Numbered from the stretch's first letter, positions 47,233-57,121 are shown. The stretch: 64,000 bases of DNA from Candidatus Caldarchaeales archaeon (GCA_039630085.1 JBCNVM010000003.1:61338-125337); one strand, 5' to 3'. Numbers and translations: made by a program. The notes: a model not told the origin generated them from the letters alone.

Positions 47233-47961
47233 TCAGGACTCGAGGCGGGCGATCGTCCTCGTGGAGACCGAGATCACGTCGTCGACGGAGACCTCTCCTA
47301 TTCCGAGGTTCGCCAACCTGTCGAGGACCTGAACGGCCCTCCTGCAGGCGTAGTAGTCCGGAGTCGACTCGGAGACCTCAATCAGCATCCCCATGTTCTC
47401 CATCCCCGCCATGCCCGCGAGGTTCATCAGTATCCCCGCCGCACCCACGATCTGACCCGAGTAGACCTGGCCGTCGATCAGCCTGACGTACTTCTGAAGG
47501 ACCGCCTTGTCGGTGGACGAGCAGTAGACCTCGCGCCTCGGCGAGATGCTCTCCCTTCCGCCCAGACCCCCGACAGTGAAGACCCTCGCCGCTCCCATCC
47601 CCTTCACGAGCTCTATGACCGTGCTGCAGAATTCGTACTGCCCGTAGCTCGAGGAAGGCTGTGCGGTCCCATACATGACGAGCGTCGGCGACGGCTCCTC
47701 TACCGCGTATATGTCGGCGAAGTTGAGGACGATCCTGCCGTCCGAGACGAAGGCGGAGGTAGGGAACTCCGGAGAGTAGAGCCTGCAGACCCTCTTCGCC
47801 CTCACGACGCCGAGGATGTGTGCGATCGCGACCTTCGACACCATCCCGATCCCAGGGAGGCCCTCGATGAAGGTGGCTCCCTCGAGCCTGTAGCCTTTCA
47901 TGCCCGGCTCGAAGACGACGAGCGTCCTGAGCGCCGAGTCCCTGAACCCCAGCGGGCCCAC
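47233..47961 (-). CDS. PAC2-family proteasome assembly chaperone
   Basis: IEGLPGIGMVSK, AQP..QYEF, TVGG, IVGAAG, PDY; start uncertain. Confidence 0.85.
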   Translation of the reverse strand: MGPLGFRDSALRTLVVFEPGMKGYRLEGATFIEGLPGIGMVSKVAIAHILGVVRAKRVCRLYSPEFPTSAFVSDGRIVLNFADIYAVEEPSPTLVMYGTAQPSSSYGQYEFCSTVIELVKGMGAARVFTVGGLGGRESISPRREVYCSSTDKAVLQKYVRLIDGQVYSGQIVGAAGILMNLAGMAGMENMGMLIEVSESTPDYYACRRAVQVLDRLANLGIGEVSVDDVISVSTRTIARLES

Positions 47962-47986
47962 CTTGGCGGGAGATCCGGCGGCCGCG

Positions 47987-48679
47987 TCAAATACTTTCGG
48001 GAAACGGTCGATCGGGCTCAGGTATCAGGTCGACGTAGTGGAGCCTCCCGTCCCTCACCACGACCTTTCCGAGCCTGAACCTTACGGGCCACCTGAAGGT
48101 CGGGCCGTCGTAGACGAACGTGTGGTACTCTCCGCGCTCACCCGCGGGGTCGATGCCGGCGGCCGATGTCCTCAGGAGCGCCGAATCGAGCTCCCTGCCC
48201 AGCAGCGCAGAGGGGCTCGTGGCGTTCCCGTCGACGGCGCAGATCACGGCCCTGTACCCGAGGCCCACGAACCTCTCGACGAGCTCAGCGGGGTCCTCGC
48301 CCCAGAGCGGGAAGAGCAGCTCGACGCCGGTCCAGGCCATCTTCTCCTCCCTGTAGCGCCGGACGTCCTCGAGCCAGATGTCGCCGAACGCGACCGCGTC
48401 GACTCCGAACTCGCTCCTCAGCCGCTCGACCGCCTCCGACATCCTCCGCTCGTAGACCTCGTTCGGCGCGTTCGGTGGTATCCAGACCTCTAGCAGCCTG
48501 AGCCCAAGCGACTCCGCCTGCCTCAGGAGGAGCTCCCGCCTCACGCCGTGCATCGTCACCCTGCCGTACCCCTCTGTGAGGGTGGTGAGCAGGCAGACCG
48601 GCTCGTGACCGCGCGAGATCACCTCGTGAAGCGTCAGGGCGCTGTCCTTCCCGGTGCTCCAGGAAACGGCGACGCGCAA
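47987..48679 (-). CDS. PP-loop ATP pyrophosphatase (diphthine-ammonia ligase/MJ0570-like)
   Basis: SWSTGKDS, MHGVR, FGDIWL, FPLW, DPAGERGEYHTFV. Confidence 0.85.
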   Translation of the reverse strand: MRVAVSWSTGKDSALTLHEVISRGHEPVCLLTTLTEGYGRVTMHGVRRELLLRQAESLGLRLLEVWIPPNAPNEVYERRMSEAVERLRSEFGVDAVAFGDIWLEDVRRYREEKMAWTGVELLFPLWGEDPAELVERFVGLGYRAVICAVDGNATSPSALLGRELDSALLRTSAAGIDPAGERGEYHTFVYDGPTFRWPVRFRLGKVVVRDGRLHYVDLIPEPDRPFPESI

Positions 48680-48746
48680 CCGCTCGATCGATCCGGACGC
48701 ACCTCAAAAAGGAGACGATAATAGGACCCGGGCAGGTGGTCAGGGG

Positions 48747-49595
48747 ATGGGCAGGCCGAGGCCTTCCACCGCGGAGATCGTTGTAGTGGGGAACGAGGTC
48801 CTGAACGGCGAGGTCCTCGACACCAACAGCAACTGGCTGGCGAAGAGGCTCTACGCTTCAGGGCTTGTTCTGAGGAGGGTCACGGCGGTGAGGGACGACC
48901 TGAGGGAGATATCGGCCGCGGTGAGGGAGGCGCTCAGGAGGAAGACCGAGTGGGTCTTCACCACCGGCGGGCTGGGGCCGACCGACGACGACATGACCCT
49001 GCAGGGCGTCGCGCTGGCAACTAGGAGGAGGCTCGTCCTGAACTCGGAGGCGCTGGAGATGCTCCGGGAGCGTTACTCGAGGCTCTACGAGATGGGCGTC
49101 GTGAAGGAGAGGGAGCTGACGCCCTCGAGGCTGAAGATGGCGATGTTGCCGAGGGGCGCGAGGGCCCTGCGGAACCGGGTCGGCTCGGCGCCGGGCTCGA
49201 TGCTCAGGCACGGCAGGTCCTGGATAATCTCGCTTCCCGGGGTCCCATCGGAGATGAAGGACATCTACGAGAACGAGGTCGAACCGGTCCTGCTGAGGAG
49301 CGCGAGGAGGGCCTTCAGGAGCGTCGGAGGGCTGGTGGTGAGGGGCGTCCCCGAGTCGGCGCTCGCGCCGGTGCTGAGTGAGATCAGCAGGAGGCACAGG
49401 CGGGCCTACGTCAAGTCCCACCCGAAGGGCATCGAGGCCGGCCACTCGGTGGTGGAGATCGTCGTTCACGGAGAGGGCAGGAGCGAGGAGGAGGCGAAGA
49501 GGGTTGTCGAGGAGGTACTGCAGGAGCTCCAGGAGGAGGTCAAGGGACTTATGCCGGCCTCCGTCGAGAGGGTCGGGGCGAGGGGAGGAGGTTGA
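48747..49595 (+). CDS. CinA N-terminal (molybdopterin-binding fold) family protein
   Basis: VGNEVLNG..DTNS, TTGGLGPTDDDMT, LPGVPSEM. Confidence 0.88.
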   Translation: MGRPRPSTAEIVVVGNEVLNGEVLDTNSNWLAKRLYASGLVLRRVTAVRDDLREISAAVREALRRKTEWVFTTGGLGPTDDDMTLQGVALATRRRLVLNSEALEMLRERYSRLYEMGVVKERELTPSRLKMAMLPRGARALRNRVGSAPGSMLRHGRSWIISLPGVPSEMKDIYENEVEPVLLRSARRAFRSVGGLVVRGVPESALAPVLSEISRRHRRAYVKSHPKGIEAGHSVVEIVVHGEGRSEEEAKRVVEEVLQELQEEVKGLMPASVERVGARGGG

Positions 49596-50626
49596 GCCGC
49601 GAGCTCAGCGCCTCGGAGCTGTTCGGCGACGAGAGGTACAGCGGCATGCTCAAGCAGGTCTCCGACCAGCCGGTGCTCTACAGGGTCGGCCTCGCGAAGG
49701 GCGCCAAAATCCCTATCCCCGACAGGCCCGTGAGGGCCTTCGTCGTGTACGGCCTCGGAGGATCGGCCATGCCGGGCGCGATGCTGGCCTCGCTCGCGTC
49801 CCTTTACGCCGATGTCCCGGTCGTGGTCTCGAGCGGCTCCTACCCGCCGTCGTGGACGCGCGGGGACGACCTCGTGGCGCTGGTGAGCTACTCGGGCAGG
49901 ACGAACGAAGTGATCAGGGCTCTCGACGTCCTGGTGAAGAGAGGGATCAGACCGTTGATTCTGGCCAGCGGCGGGAGGCTCCTGCAGTCTGCGGAGGAGA
50001 TCGGGCTTCGTACCGTGAGGATCACCCCTGAGATGACCCCGAGGATGTCGGTGCCAGAGATGTTCGGAGTGCTGGTCGCCGTCTACCATAAGGTCTCAGG
50101 GTGTGAAGCGCTCTCGCCCGAGGCCGTGTCGTCCGCGGCGGAGAGGCTCTCGGCCCTCTGGAGGAGAATATCCCCGGATGTGAGGCCCGAGGAGAACGAC
50201 GCGAAGAGGTGCGCCCGTCTCGCCTCCGAGGGCACGCTCAGCGTCTTCGGGTGGGGACATATGCACGTCGCCGCCCTGAGGCTGAGGAACCAGCTCGCTG
50301 AGAACGCGAAGCTCCCCTGCGTCGTACACGAGGTCCCCGAGAACCTCCACAACACCGTCGAGGCGATGGGAGCCTTCAAGGGCCTGAGACACGTGGCCCT
50401 CAGGTCGAAAAACGAGCCTCAGGACGTGGCGCTGCAGTTCAGCGTCCTCGGGTCCATTCTGGAGCTCTCGATGACGGTGTCGTTCGCGGGCAGCCCGGTC
50501 TACGAGCTGATGTCGTCGGTGATGTGGGCGGACGCGGTCAGCATCTACGCCGCGGCCCTGGCCGGAGTCGACCCGAGGGAGATACCGACGATCTCTAGGA
50601 TCAGGAGAGCCTTGGAGGGCGCGTGA
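49592..50626 (+). CDS. Bifunctional phosphoglucose/phosphomannose isomerase (SIS family)
   Basis: GLGGSA, VSYSGRTNE, ASGGRL, QLAENAK, PENLHN. Confidence 0.8.
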   Translation: MSRELSASELFGDERYSGMLKQVSDQPVLYRVGLAKGAKIPIPDRPVRAFVVYGLGGSAMPGAMLASLASLYADVPVVVSSGSYPPSWTRGDDLVALVSYSGRTNEVIRALDVLVKRGIRPLILASGGRLLQSAEEIGLRTVRITPEMTPRMSVPEMFGVLVAVYHKVSGCEALSPEAVSSAAERLSALWRRISPDVRPEENDAKRCARLASEGTLSVFGWGHMHVAALRLRNQLAENAKLPCVVHEVPENLHNTVEAMGAFKGLRHVALRSKNEPQDVALQFSVLGSILELSMTVSFAGSPVYELMSSVMWADAVSIYAAALAGVDPREIPTISRIRRALEGA

Positions 50627-51159
50627 ACTTGTGGGCGGTCGAGAGGCTGAAGTGGGCAGCCGCCACCACAGCGGTCCTCTATGCGGTCTTCGTCGCCGCA
50701 GCGCACGTCCCCCTCAGCCGAGAGGAGGCGCGCCGGATGTCGGAGGAGCTCTCGTCCATCGCCACCTCGATAAACTCGCCGTTGATGATCTTCGCGAATA
50801 ACGCCGCGATAGCCCTGCTGATGGTGGTTCCCCTCCTTGGCGCGGCCGCCGGTCTCTACGTCATCTACAACACGGGCCTCTACCTCTCGGCGCTCGCCAT
50901 CACATCGGGCGCACCTCCGACTCTCCTCGCTGTCGTCCCCCTCCTCGCGATCTACGGGGTCCTCGAGTTCTTCGGTTACGGGATCTGCTTCAGCGAGGGC
51001 CTCAGGCTTCTCCGGGCTATCACGAGGAGAAAGCTCAGGCCGGAGATCAGGCCAACGTCCCTCATGGTCGCGATGGGACTTCTCGTGTTATTCGTGGCCG
51101 CGCTTCTAGAATTTCTGATAATACAGTCCCTCCAGACCTTCAGCACGTGGTTCTCCTAA
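50623..51159 (+). CDS. SpoIIM-like membrane protein
   Basis: IFANN..ALLM, NTG, YGVLEF, AALLE. Confidence 0.75.
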   Translation: MNLWAVERLKWAAATTAVLYAVFVAAAHVPLSREEARRMSEELSSIATSINSPLMIFANNAAIALLMVVPLLGAAAGLYVIYNTGLYLSALAITSGAPPTLLAVVPLLAIYGVLEFFGYGICFSEGLRLLRAITRRKLRPEIRPTSLMVAMGLLVLFVAALLEFLIIQSLQTFSTWFS

Positions 51160-51191
51160 TATCAGTGAAAAGCGGCGAACAATTAGAAATA

Positions 51192-51204
51192 TATAGCAGC
51201 TATA
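51192..51204. promoter_or_regulatory. Palindromic operator candidate overlapping the TATA region of the wHTH gene
   Basis: TATAGC-A-GCTATA perfect inverted repeat ending 15 nt before ATG 51219. Confidence 0.5.
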
Positions 51205-51218
51205 CTGCATCTATATCG

Positions 51219-51563
51219 ATGGCAAGAAGGCTCAAGAGAAATCCTAAAGGGTATTCGGAACCGATAATATTGAAAACTCTCCTGAAATCGCCGATGACAG
51301 TGTCACAGCTAGAGAGGGCGACGAAGATAAAGAAGCCCACCCTCTACCTCTCCCTCAACAGGCTCATCAAGAACGGACTCGTGACGAGCGACAGGGCGAA
51401 GAGGAACAGGAAGTTCAGCCTGACGAAGCGCGGCCAGGTCATCGCGAGGAACAGGGCGAAGGCCGAGAGGATGCTGGAGTCGATAATGCCGAGGCTGGGG
51501 GAGGTCCTGAGGCTCGGGATAGGGATGAGGGAGATAGAGAAGGCTATCTCGGCAGGGTCCTGA
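51219..51563 (+). CDS. Winged-helix transcriptional regulator
   Basis: PMTVSQLERATKIKKPTLYLSLNRLIKNGLV..FSLTKRG. Confidence 0.85.
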   Translation: MARRLKRNPKGYSEPIILKTLLKSPMTVSQLERATKIKKPTLYLSLNRLIKNGLVTSDRAKRNRKFSLTKRGQVIARNRAKAERMLESIMPRLGEVLRLGIGMREIEKAISAGS

Positions 51564-52266
51564 CTAGCGGGAAGAGCAGGTCGCCGTAGAGCAGGTTGAC
51601 GGCGTGACCGGCGGCGATGAAGACGACTAGCGGTATGCCCGGTGTCGCCCAGGCCCTCTCAAGGGCGCTGGCGGAGGTATCGGGAAAGTAGTCCTCGAGG
51701 GGCGGCGAGAACGAGAGCCTGCCGCCCTTTCCGACGGTCACCCTAGCCCAGAAGCTCTTCGGCCAGTCCACCCTGGTCCCTAAGAGGAGAGCTCCGAGCT
51801 TCACGTGCGCTGGGAGGCCCTCGAGCCCCTCGAAGACCCCCTCGCCCTTGAGCAGCGGCCTCACCAGAAGGTTGTAGACCAAGAGGGCAGTGGGGACGGC
51901 GAGCGAGATCAGAAGTCCGTTGAGCAGGGAGGTGATCGGCACGAACGGGTGGAACCTGTTGCCGTCGAAGGAGACGGGGAGCGCGAGGGCGATGGCGATG
52001 ATGGCCTTCGCGTCGGCACCTCCGTAGAGCCCCAGCCTGTAGAAGAGCAGGGCGACGGCGGTGGAAATAGCGATCGACGCGGTCGCCGCGAGCGGGTAGT
52101 TCGAGTCCTGCCTCAGGACGTAGAGGTAGGCCGTCGAGGGCAGCGTCAGAGAGGCGAGGAGCAGCCAGACCCAGTCGTCCACCTCCCTCCGCTTCAGGTC
52201 CATGGCTGAGGCGATGGACAGCATCAGCGCCGTGACAGCGGCGTTGAGAGCCTCGAGGGGGCTCAA
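51544..52266 (-). CDS. pibD: Prepilin/preflagellin peptidase (A24, PibD/FlaK type)
   Basis: ASAMDLKRREVDD (first Asp), YGGADAKA (GxGD-type second Asp), WATPGIPLVVFI; start uncertain (TTG 52266). Confidence 0.88.
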   Translation of the reverse strand: MSPLEALNAAVTALMLSIASAMDLKRREVDDWVWLLLASLTLPSTAYLYVLRQDSNYPLAATASIAISTAVALLFYRLGLYGGADAKAIIAIALALPVSFDGNRFHPFVPITSLLNGLLISLAVPTALLVYNLLVRPLLKGEGVFEGLEGLPAHVKLGALLLGTRVDWPKSFWARVTVGKGGRLSFSPPLEDYFPDTSASALERAWATPGIPLVVFIAAGHAVNLLYGDLLFPLVRTLPR

Positions 52267-52286
52267 GTCGGCTGCGAGTGCCGGAG

Positions 52287-52922
52287 CTACTCCGCGACGC
52301 CCTCGACGGCCGCGGTCGTGACGAACTGCTCCAGCGTGATGTTGGCGAGCAGCTCCGGTGTAGCCTGGCCGCGCTCGATCAGGACCCTCCGGGCCAGATA
52401 CCAGAACCCGAAAGGCAGCGAGAGCCTCCCCCTGTTGTTGATCGGGATTATCAGGTCGGCGTTGGAGGTCGTGTTGTCGCTGCTGCACATCGCGATTATC
52501 GGGATCTTCGCGATCCGCGCCTCGTTCACGACCTGAGCGTCGAACCTCGGGTCGGAGACGATTATTATCTCCGGCTCCATGTAGTGCCTCAGGGACCTGT
52601 TGGTGAAGGCCCCGGCAGGAATCTTCCCGGAGATCGCGTGGGCGCCCGTGACCTCCGCGAACCTCTGGACCGCCTTCGTGCCGTAGACGTGCGTGGAGAC
52701 CGCGACCACTTTCTCCGGCGGGTATAGGGAGATCAGCCTCGCGGCGAGGTTCAGCCTCTCGATGACCTTCTTCACGTCGAAGAGGTGGACGCCGTCCGGC
52801 CTCTGCCTGAAGACGAACCTCTCCATGTGGGCGACCTTGACCTTGGCTCCGAGGTGGGCGTTGCACTTCACGAGGATCTCCGCGACCTCGACCTCAGGGG
52901 AAACGGCGACGTCGGACGTCAA
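52287..52922 (-). CDS. rps2: 30S ribosomal protein S2 (uS2)
   Basis: HLGAK, RPDGVH, GAFTN, DPRFDAQ, IPINNRG. Confidence 0.93.
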   Translation of the reverse strand: MTSDVAVSPEVEVAEILVKCNAHLGAKVKVAHMERFVFRQRPDGVHLFDVKKVIERLNLAARLISLYPPEKVVAVSTHVYGTKAVQRFAEVTGAHAISGKIPAGAFTNRSLRHYMEPEIIIVSDPRFDAQVVNEARIAKIPIIAMCSSDNTTSNADLIIPINNRGRLSLPFGFWYLARRVLIERGQATPELLANITLEQFVTTAAVEGVAE

Positions 52923-54175
52923 GGCTTCAACCTCCTGATCCTTCCCTCGCCGACCTCCTCCTCTATCCTCAGCAGCTCGTTCAGCTTCGCCACCCTTTCA
53001 CCGCCGATCAGTCCGCACTTTATAACCTTGCAGCCCGTTCCCACCGCGACCTGCGAGATGTAGGCGTCGGTCGTCTCGCCGGAGCGGTGCGACGCGACCG
53101 CGACAGCCCCGGTTGAAGCGCACGCCCTTATCGCTTCGAGGGTGAGGGAGAGGTTCCCGACCTGGTTCGGTTTGATGATCGCCGCCCTTATCGCGCCCCT
53201 CCTCGCCATCTCCGTTATCAGCTCGGCCCTGGTGACTACGAGGTCGTCGCCGCAGACCAGCACCGACTTCAGGTCGCGCTGGAGCTCCGCGTAGAGCTCG
53301 GGCGAGTCCTCGGAGAAGGGGTCCTCGAGGTAGACGAGCCTGAACTCGTCCGCGAGGGACGCGAGGTAGTCCCTGAACTCATGACCGGTGAGGTAGAGGC
53401 CCTCGGACCTAAGGGCGTACTTCCCGGACTTCGGGTCGTAGACGTTGCTCCCCGCGACGTCGAGCCCCACGCCCACCTCGACGCCGGTCTCGTCGGAGGC
53501 CTCGTCAGCCGCGGCCCTCACGAGCTCGAGGGCCTTCCTGTTACCGATCGGGGGCGCGTAACCTCCCTCGTCGCCCTTGCCCAGAGGGAACCCGGGCAGC
53601 TCGCGCTGGAGCTTCTTCCCGAGCTTTCTGTACGCAGCGACGTTCACCTCGATCGCCTCCTTCATCGTCCTCGCGCCCAGCGGTATCAGCAAGAACTCCT
53701 GGATCTCCGGGGCTCCGGGGCCGGCGTGCGCGCCTCCTCCTAGGACGTTCGATAACGGGAGGGGGAGGGCCGGAGTCTCCCCGGTCAAGTGAGCGAGGGC
53801 CTCGTAGAGCCTCTTGCCCTTAGAGGCAGCGTAGGCGGTGGCCGCCGCGACCGAAAGCGCGATGGCCGTGTTGCCCCCGATCGCCGAGAAGTCCGGGGTG
53901 CGGTCGAGCTCGGCCAGCAGTCCGTCCATCGCCAGCAGGCCGTCCAGCTCGCGGCCCACCAGCCCGACGAACCTCTCCCGGACGAACCTGACCGCGGCCT
54001 CCGGGCCCCCTTCCGGGAACGGGACGACCTCCCTCTTCCCCCTGCTCTTCCCCGACGGAGCTCCGGCCCTGGCCGAGTGGCCGTCGACCGTCACCTCGAC
54101 CTCGACGGTCTTGTAGCCCCTGCTGTCGAAGACGACCCTCGCGGTCACGCGCTCGAGCCGCTTGGCCCCAGACAC
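52919..54175 (-). CDS. eno: Enolase
   Basis: DSRG..TVEVEV, GDEGG, EDPF, GDDL, KPNQVG, SHRSGET, ERVAKLNELLRIEE. Confidence 0.93.
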   Translation of the reverse strand: MSGAKRLERVTARVVFDSRGYKTVEVEVTVDGHSARAGAPSGKSRGKREVVPFPEGGPEAAVRFVRERFVGLVGRELDGLLAMDGLLAELDRTPDFSAIGGNTAIALSVAAATAYAASKGKRLYEALAHLTGETPALPLPLSNVLGGGAHAGPGAPEIQEFLLIPLGARTMKEAIEVNVAAYRKLGKKLQRELPGFPLGKGDEGGYAPPIGNRKALELVRAAADEASDETGVEVGVGLDVAGSNVYDPKSGKYALRSEGLYLTGHEFRDYLASLADEFRLVYLEDPFSEDSPELYAELQRDLKSVLVCGDDLVVTRAELITEMARRGAIRAAIIKPNQVGNLSLTLEAIRACASTGAVAVASHRSGETTDAYISQVAVGTGCKVIKCGLIGGERVAKLNELLRIEEEVGEGRIRRLKP

Positions 54176-54221
54176 GTCACGCTGCGCCCCCTATCCCGAT
54201 TTAACCCCTTCCTCCCCGGCC

Positions 54222-54440
54222 TCACCGCCTGATGGGCCTCTGCCTCGAGTGGACCTCGAAGGCGATCAGCTCGTCGATGTACTCGACGTGGGAGAGGAAC
54301 ATCCTCCTGCAGCAGTACCTCTTTATCCCCAGATCGTCGAGGACCTGACCCGGATGCCTACCCGACTCGACCTCGGACCTGTACCTCTCCCAGAGGTGCG
54401 CGAGGGGCTTTCCGCAGCTGAAGCACCTGATCGGGAACAT
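54222..54440 (-). CDS. rpoN: RNA polymerase subunit N (Rpo10)
   Basis: MFPIRCFSCG..LDDLGIKRYCCRRMFLSH. Confidence 0.95.
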   Translation of the reverse strand: MFPIRCFSCGKPLAHLWERYRSEVESGRHPGQVLDDLGIKRYCCRRMFLSHVEYIDELIAFEVHSRQRPIRR

Positions 54441-54565
54441 CAAGGGCCTGCTCCCGGCTTTCAGCTCGGCCCCGTCTAATTTAGTGTTCGGCCTCTCCCG
54501 GGGAGGGCCACGGAGAGGCGACGGGCACACGGTTTTTGGCGGAGGATCGGTCGTGTGGACGGGAG

Positions 54566-55537
54566 TTGAGGGTCGAGGCGCACCTCTCCGGAAACCTCCC
54601 GAGGGGCGAGGCGCTCTTCAGGGCCCTCAGGAGGCACTCCAGGGGCAAGGCCAAGTGGGAGGAGGTCAGGGCCACTGCGGAGGCGGAGACCGCGGAGTGG
54701 GTCAGGCTCCAAGCGGAGTCAGGCCTCAACCCCGTTACGGACCCGATGCTGCTCTGGCACGACCATTTCAGGCCGTTCGCGGAGAACGTCAAGGGGATGG
54801 CCGTCGACGGGCTGAGGAGGTGGTACGACAACAACGTCTTCTACCGGGCTCCTGTGGTCTTCGGGAGGCTAGGGCTGGGGGATCCGTTCCTCGATAGGTA
54901 CCTCTTCCCCTCGGTCCTCGGGCGGTCGGAGGTTAAGCTGGTGCTCCCAGATCCCCTGACCTTCGCCAAGCTCTCCGTCAACAACGGCTACCAGGACCTC
55001 TCGGAGCTCGCGATGGACTTAGCGGAGGTCACGTCGGCCGAAGCCTCTAAGCTGGTCTCGAGGCACGGGCTGAGGGTGGTTCTGGTCCAGCTCAGCGCTC
55101 CGGAGCTCGCGAGGGAGCCGAAGGCCGACGACCTCGAGCTGGTCAGGGAGGAGGTGGGTCTCTTCAGGCGGAGGCTCGGGTGCAAAGTCCAGCTCCACAC
55201 GTTCTTCTTCTCGGCTGCGAGGAGCCTCAGGTCGCTGCTCGACACGGGCGCCGACTTGATCGGAATAGACCTTCACGCGACGCCTGTCCCTGCCCTCAGG
55301 GGCGTGGACGTCGACAGGGAGCTGGCGATCGGCGTGGTCGACTCGAGGAGCGTCGTGGTGGAGGATCCCGAGTGGATGGCGTCGCTCGCCGAGAGGGCGG
55401 TCGAGGCGACCGGCGCGAAGGCCGTCCACTTCACCACGAACACGGACCTCGACTTCCTCCCCGTAGACGTGGCGAGGGAGAAGGTGCACGCTCTGTCGGC
55501 ATGCGCGAGGCTGATGAGGGAGAGGTGGGGGACATGA
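54566..55537 (+). CDS. MetE-fold partner of cobalamin-independent methionine synthase (N-terminal-like half)
   Basis: TDPMLLWHD, RWYDNNVFYRAP, LPDPLTF, GVVDSRS..VE; coupled to the next gene. Confidence 0.75.
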   Translation: MRVEAHLSGNLPRGEALFRALRRHSRGKAKWEEVRATAEAETAEWVRLQAESGLNPVTDPMLLWHDHFRPFAENVKGMAVDGLRRWYDNNVFYRAPVVFGRLGLGDPFLDRYLFPSVLGRSEVKLVLPDPLTFAKLSVNNGYQDLSELAMDLAEVTSAEASKLVSRHGLRVVLVQLSAPELAREPKADDLELVREEVGLFRRRLGCKVQLHTFFFSAARSLRSLLDTGADLIGIDLHATPVPALRGVDVDRELAIGVVDSRSVVVEDPEWMASLAERAVEATGAKAVHFTTNTDLDFLPVDVAREKVHALSACARLMRERWGT

Positions 55538-56658
55538 AGGCCGGCGACGTCCTCTTCAGGACCCAGGAGGTCGGGAGCCTCTCGAGGGCGCCGTTCCTGA
55601 AGGGCAGCGCGGAGGAGAGGTCCCTGCAGGCCAGGTATTGGGGCATCAGGCTGGGCGTCGAGGGACACGAGGAACTGGTCGAGCTGATACGGAGGGGCGC
55701 GGGCGCTTCGGAGCTGCTGCCATGGGCCTCGCTCTACGGGATCAGGTTCCACGAGGCCGCGGGGCTCGACGTCGTGTGGGACGGAGAGCAGAGGAGGGTC
55801 GAGATGTACGAGCACCCCCTCAGGCACGTCGAGAACTTCGAGTTCGTGGGGAGGGTGAAGGTCTGGGACACGGAGACCTACAACAAGGCGAAGCTGGTGG
55901 GGCCTCCGAGGCTGAAGTCCAGCGCCTACCTCGAGGAGTTCATCTTCGCGAAGTCCAAGGCCAGGAGGGAGCTGAAGGTCCCCGTCACGGGGCCGTACAC
56001 ACTGATGGATTGGAGCTTCGACGGCTACTTCGTGAGGCGCTACGCCAACCTCGAGGACCCGCTCGAGAGGAGGAAGAGGTCGAGGCTCGACTTCCTCTAC
56101 AGCCTGATGGAGGAGGTGATGAGGCCGGAGCTAAGGGCGCTCGCGGAGGCGGGTGCGAGGAGGATCCAAGTCGACGAGCCCGCGCTGACCTCGAAGCCCG
56201 AAGAGGTCGGGGACTACGTCGAGGCCTTCAACGAGATGGTGAAGGGACTGGACGTCACGATCACGCTCCACGTCTGCTACAGCGACTACTCCCTGCTCCT
56301 CCCCCACATCGCCGAGATGAGGATTCACGAGCTCTCGATCGAGTGCGCGAACAGGGACACGATCGACCTAGGCCTCGACGCGAGGGCGAGGAGGGGCTAC
56401 TCGATTCTGAGGGAGTTCGCGGAGCACGACGTGCCGTTCAAGATAGCGCCCGGAGTGATCGACGTCCACACGGACTTCGTCGAGCCTGCGGAGCTCGTGA
56501 GGGACAGGCTGCTCTACGCCGCTAGGCTCCTAGGGGACCCCGCGAAGGTGATAGCCTGCAACGACTGCGGCCTCAGGACCAGGGGATGGGAGATAGCGTT
56601 CGAGAAGGAGCGGAACCTCGTCGAGGGAGCTGAGCTGGCGAGGAGGGCGTCCTCCTGA
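55534..56658 (+). CDS. metE: Cobalamin-independent methionine synthase, catalytic domain
   Basis: EVGSL, DGEQRR, TGPYTL, IQVDEPA, Zn ligands HVC..E..DCGL; start ATG 55534. Confidence 0.88.
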   Translation: MKAGDVLFRTQEVGSLSRAPFLKGSAEERSLQARYWGIRLGVEGHEELVELIRRGAGASELLPWASLYGIRFHEAAGLDVVWDGEQRRVEMYEHPLRHVENFEFVGRVKVWDTETYNKAKLVGPPRLKSSAYLEEFIFAKSKARRELKVPVTGPYTLMDWSFDGYFVRRYANLEDPLERRKRSRLDFLYSLMEEVMRPELRALAEAGARRIQVDEPALTSKPEEVGDYVEAFNEMVKGLDVTITLHVCYSDYSLLLPHIAEMRIHELSIECANRDTIDLGLDARARRGYSILREFAEHDVPFKIAPGVIDVHTDFVEPAELVRDRLLYAARLLGDPAKVIACNDCGLRTRGWEIAFEKERNLVEGAELARRASS

Positions 56659-56662
56659 AGGG

Positions 56663-57121
56663 TCACTTGGCCTTCCTCGCGACCCCGACAGGCCCTCCCT
56701 TCCTCCCGGTCGTCCTCGTCCTCTGCCCCCTAACCTTCAGGCCCAGCGAGTGCCTCACACCCCTCCACGACCTGATCCTCTTCTCACGTTCTATGTCCTC
56801 CCTGATGACCAGCCTCAGGTCTGGGCCGGTGAGGTGGAGGTTCTTCCCGGTCACCGGGTCGCTCCTCCTGTTCAGCATCCAGACGGGGATACCGTACTTC
56901 AGCGGGTTCCTGATCGCGTCCTCGATCTGGGAGAGCTGCTGCTCCGAGAGCTGACCCAGCCTCATCGTCGGGTCTATCCCGAGGGCTCTCGCGATCGCGT
57001 AGCCGAGGTTGATCCCGACGCCCTCGATCGCCGCCAGGGCGAACGGGACGTGCTCGGTCCCGTCGAGGTCGGTCCCTAGGAGCCTGACTATCAGCCTCGC
57101 CTCCTTCTGCTGGGACGCCAT
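56663..57121 (-). CDS. rps13: 30S ribosomal protein S13 (uS13)
   Basis: IVRLLGTDLDG, IPVWMLNRR, SWRGVRHSLGLKVRGQRTRTTGR. Confidence 0.96.
   Translation of the reverse strand: MASQQKEARLIVRLLGTDLDGTEHVPFALAAIEGVGINLGYAIARALGIDPTMRLGQLSEQQLSQIEDAIRNPLKYGIPVWMLNRRSDPVTGKNLHLTGPDLRLVIREDIEREKRIRSWRGVRHSLGLKVRGQRTRTTGRKGGPVGVARKAK

Noticed and set aside
47233-47961. PAC2 chaperone as part of the ubiquitin-pilus system
   Set aside because: More than 20 kb away among housekeeping genes and widespread in archaea.
54484-54530. Hairpin GTGTTCG-GCCTCTCC...GGAGAGGC-GA-CGGGCAC near an ACA, as an H/ACA RNA or riboswitch
   Set aside because: No pseudouridylation pocket or clear K-turn, and stems form easily by chance at this GC content.
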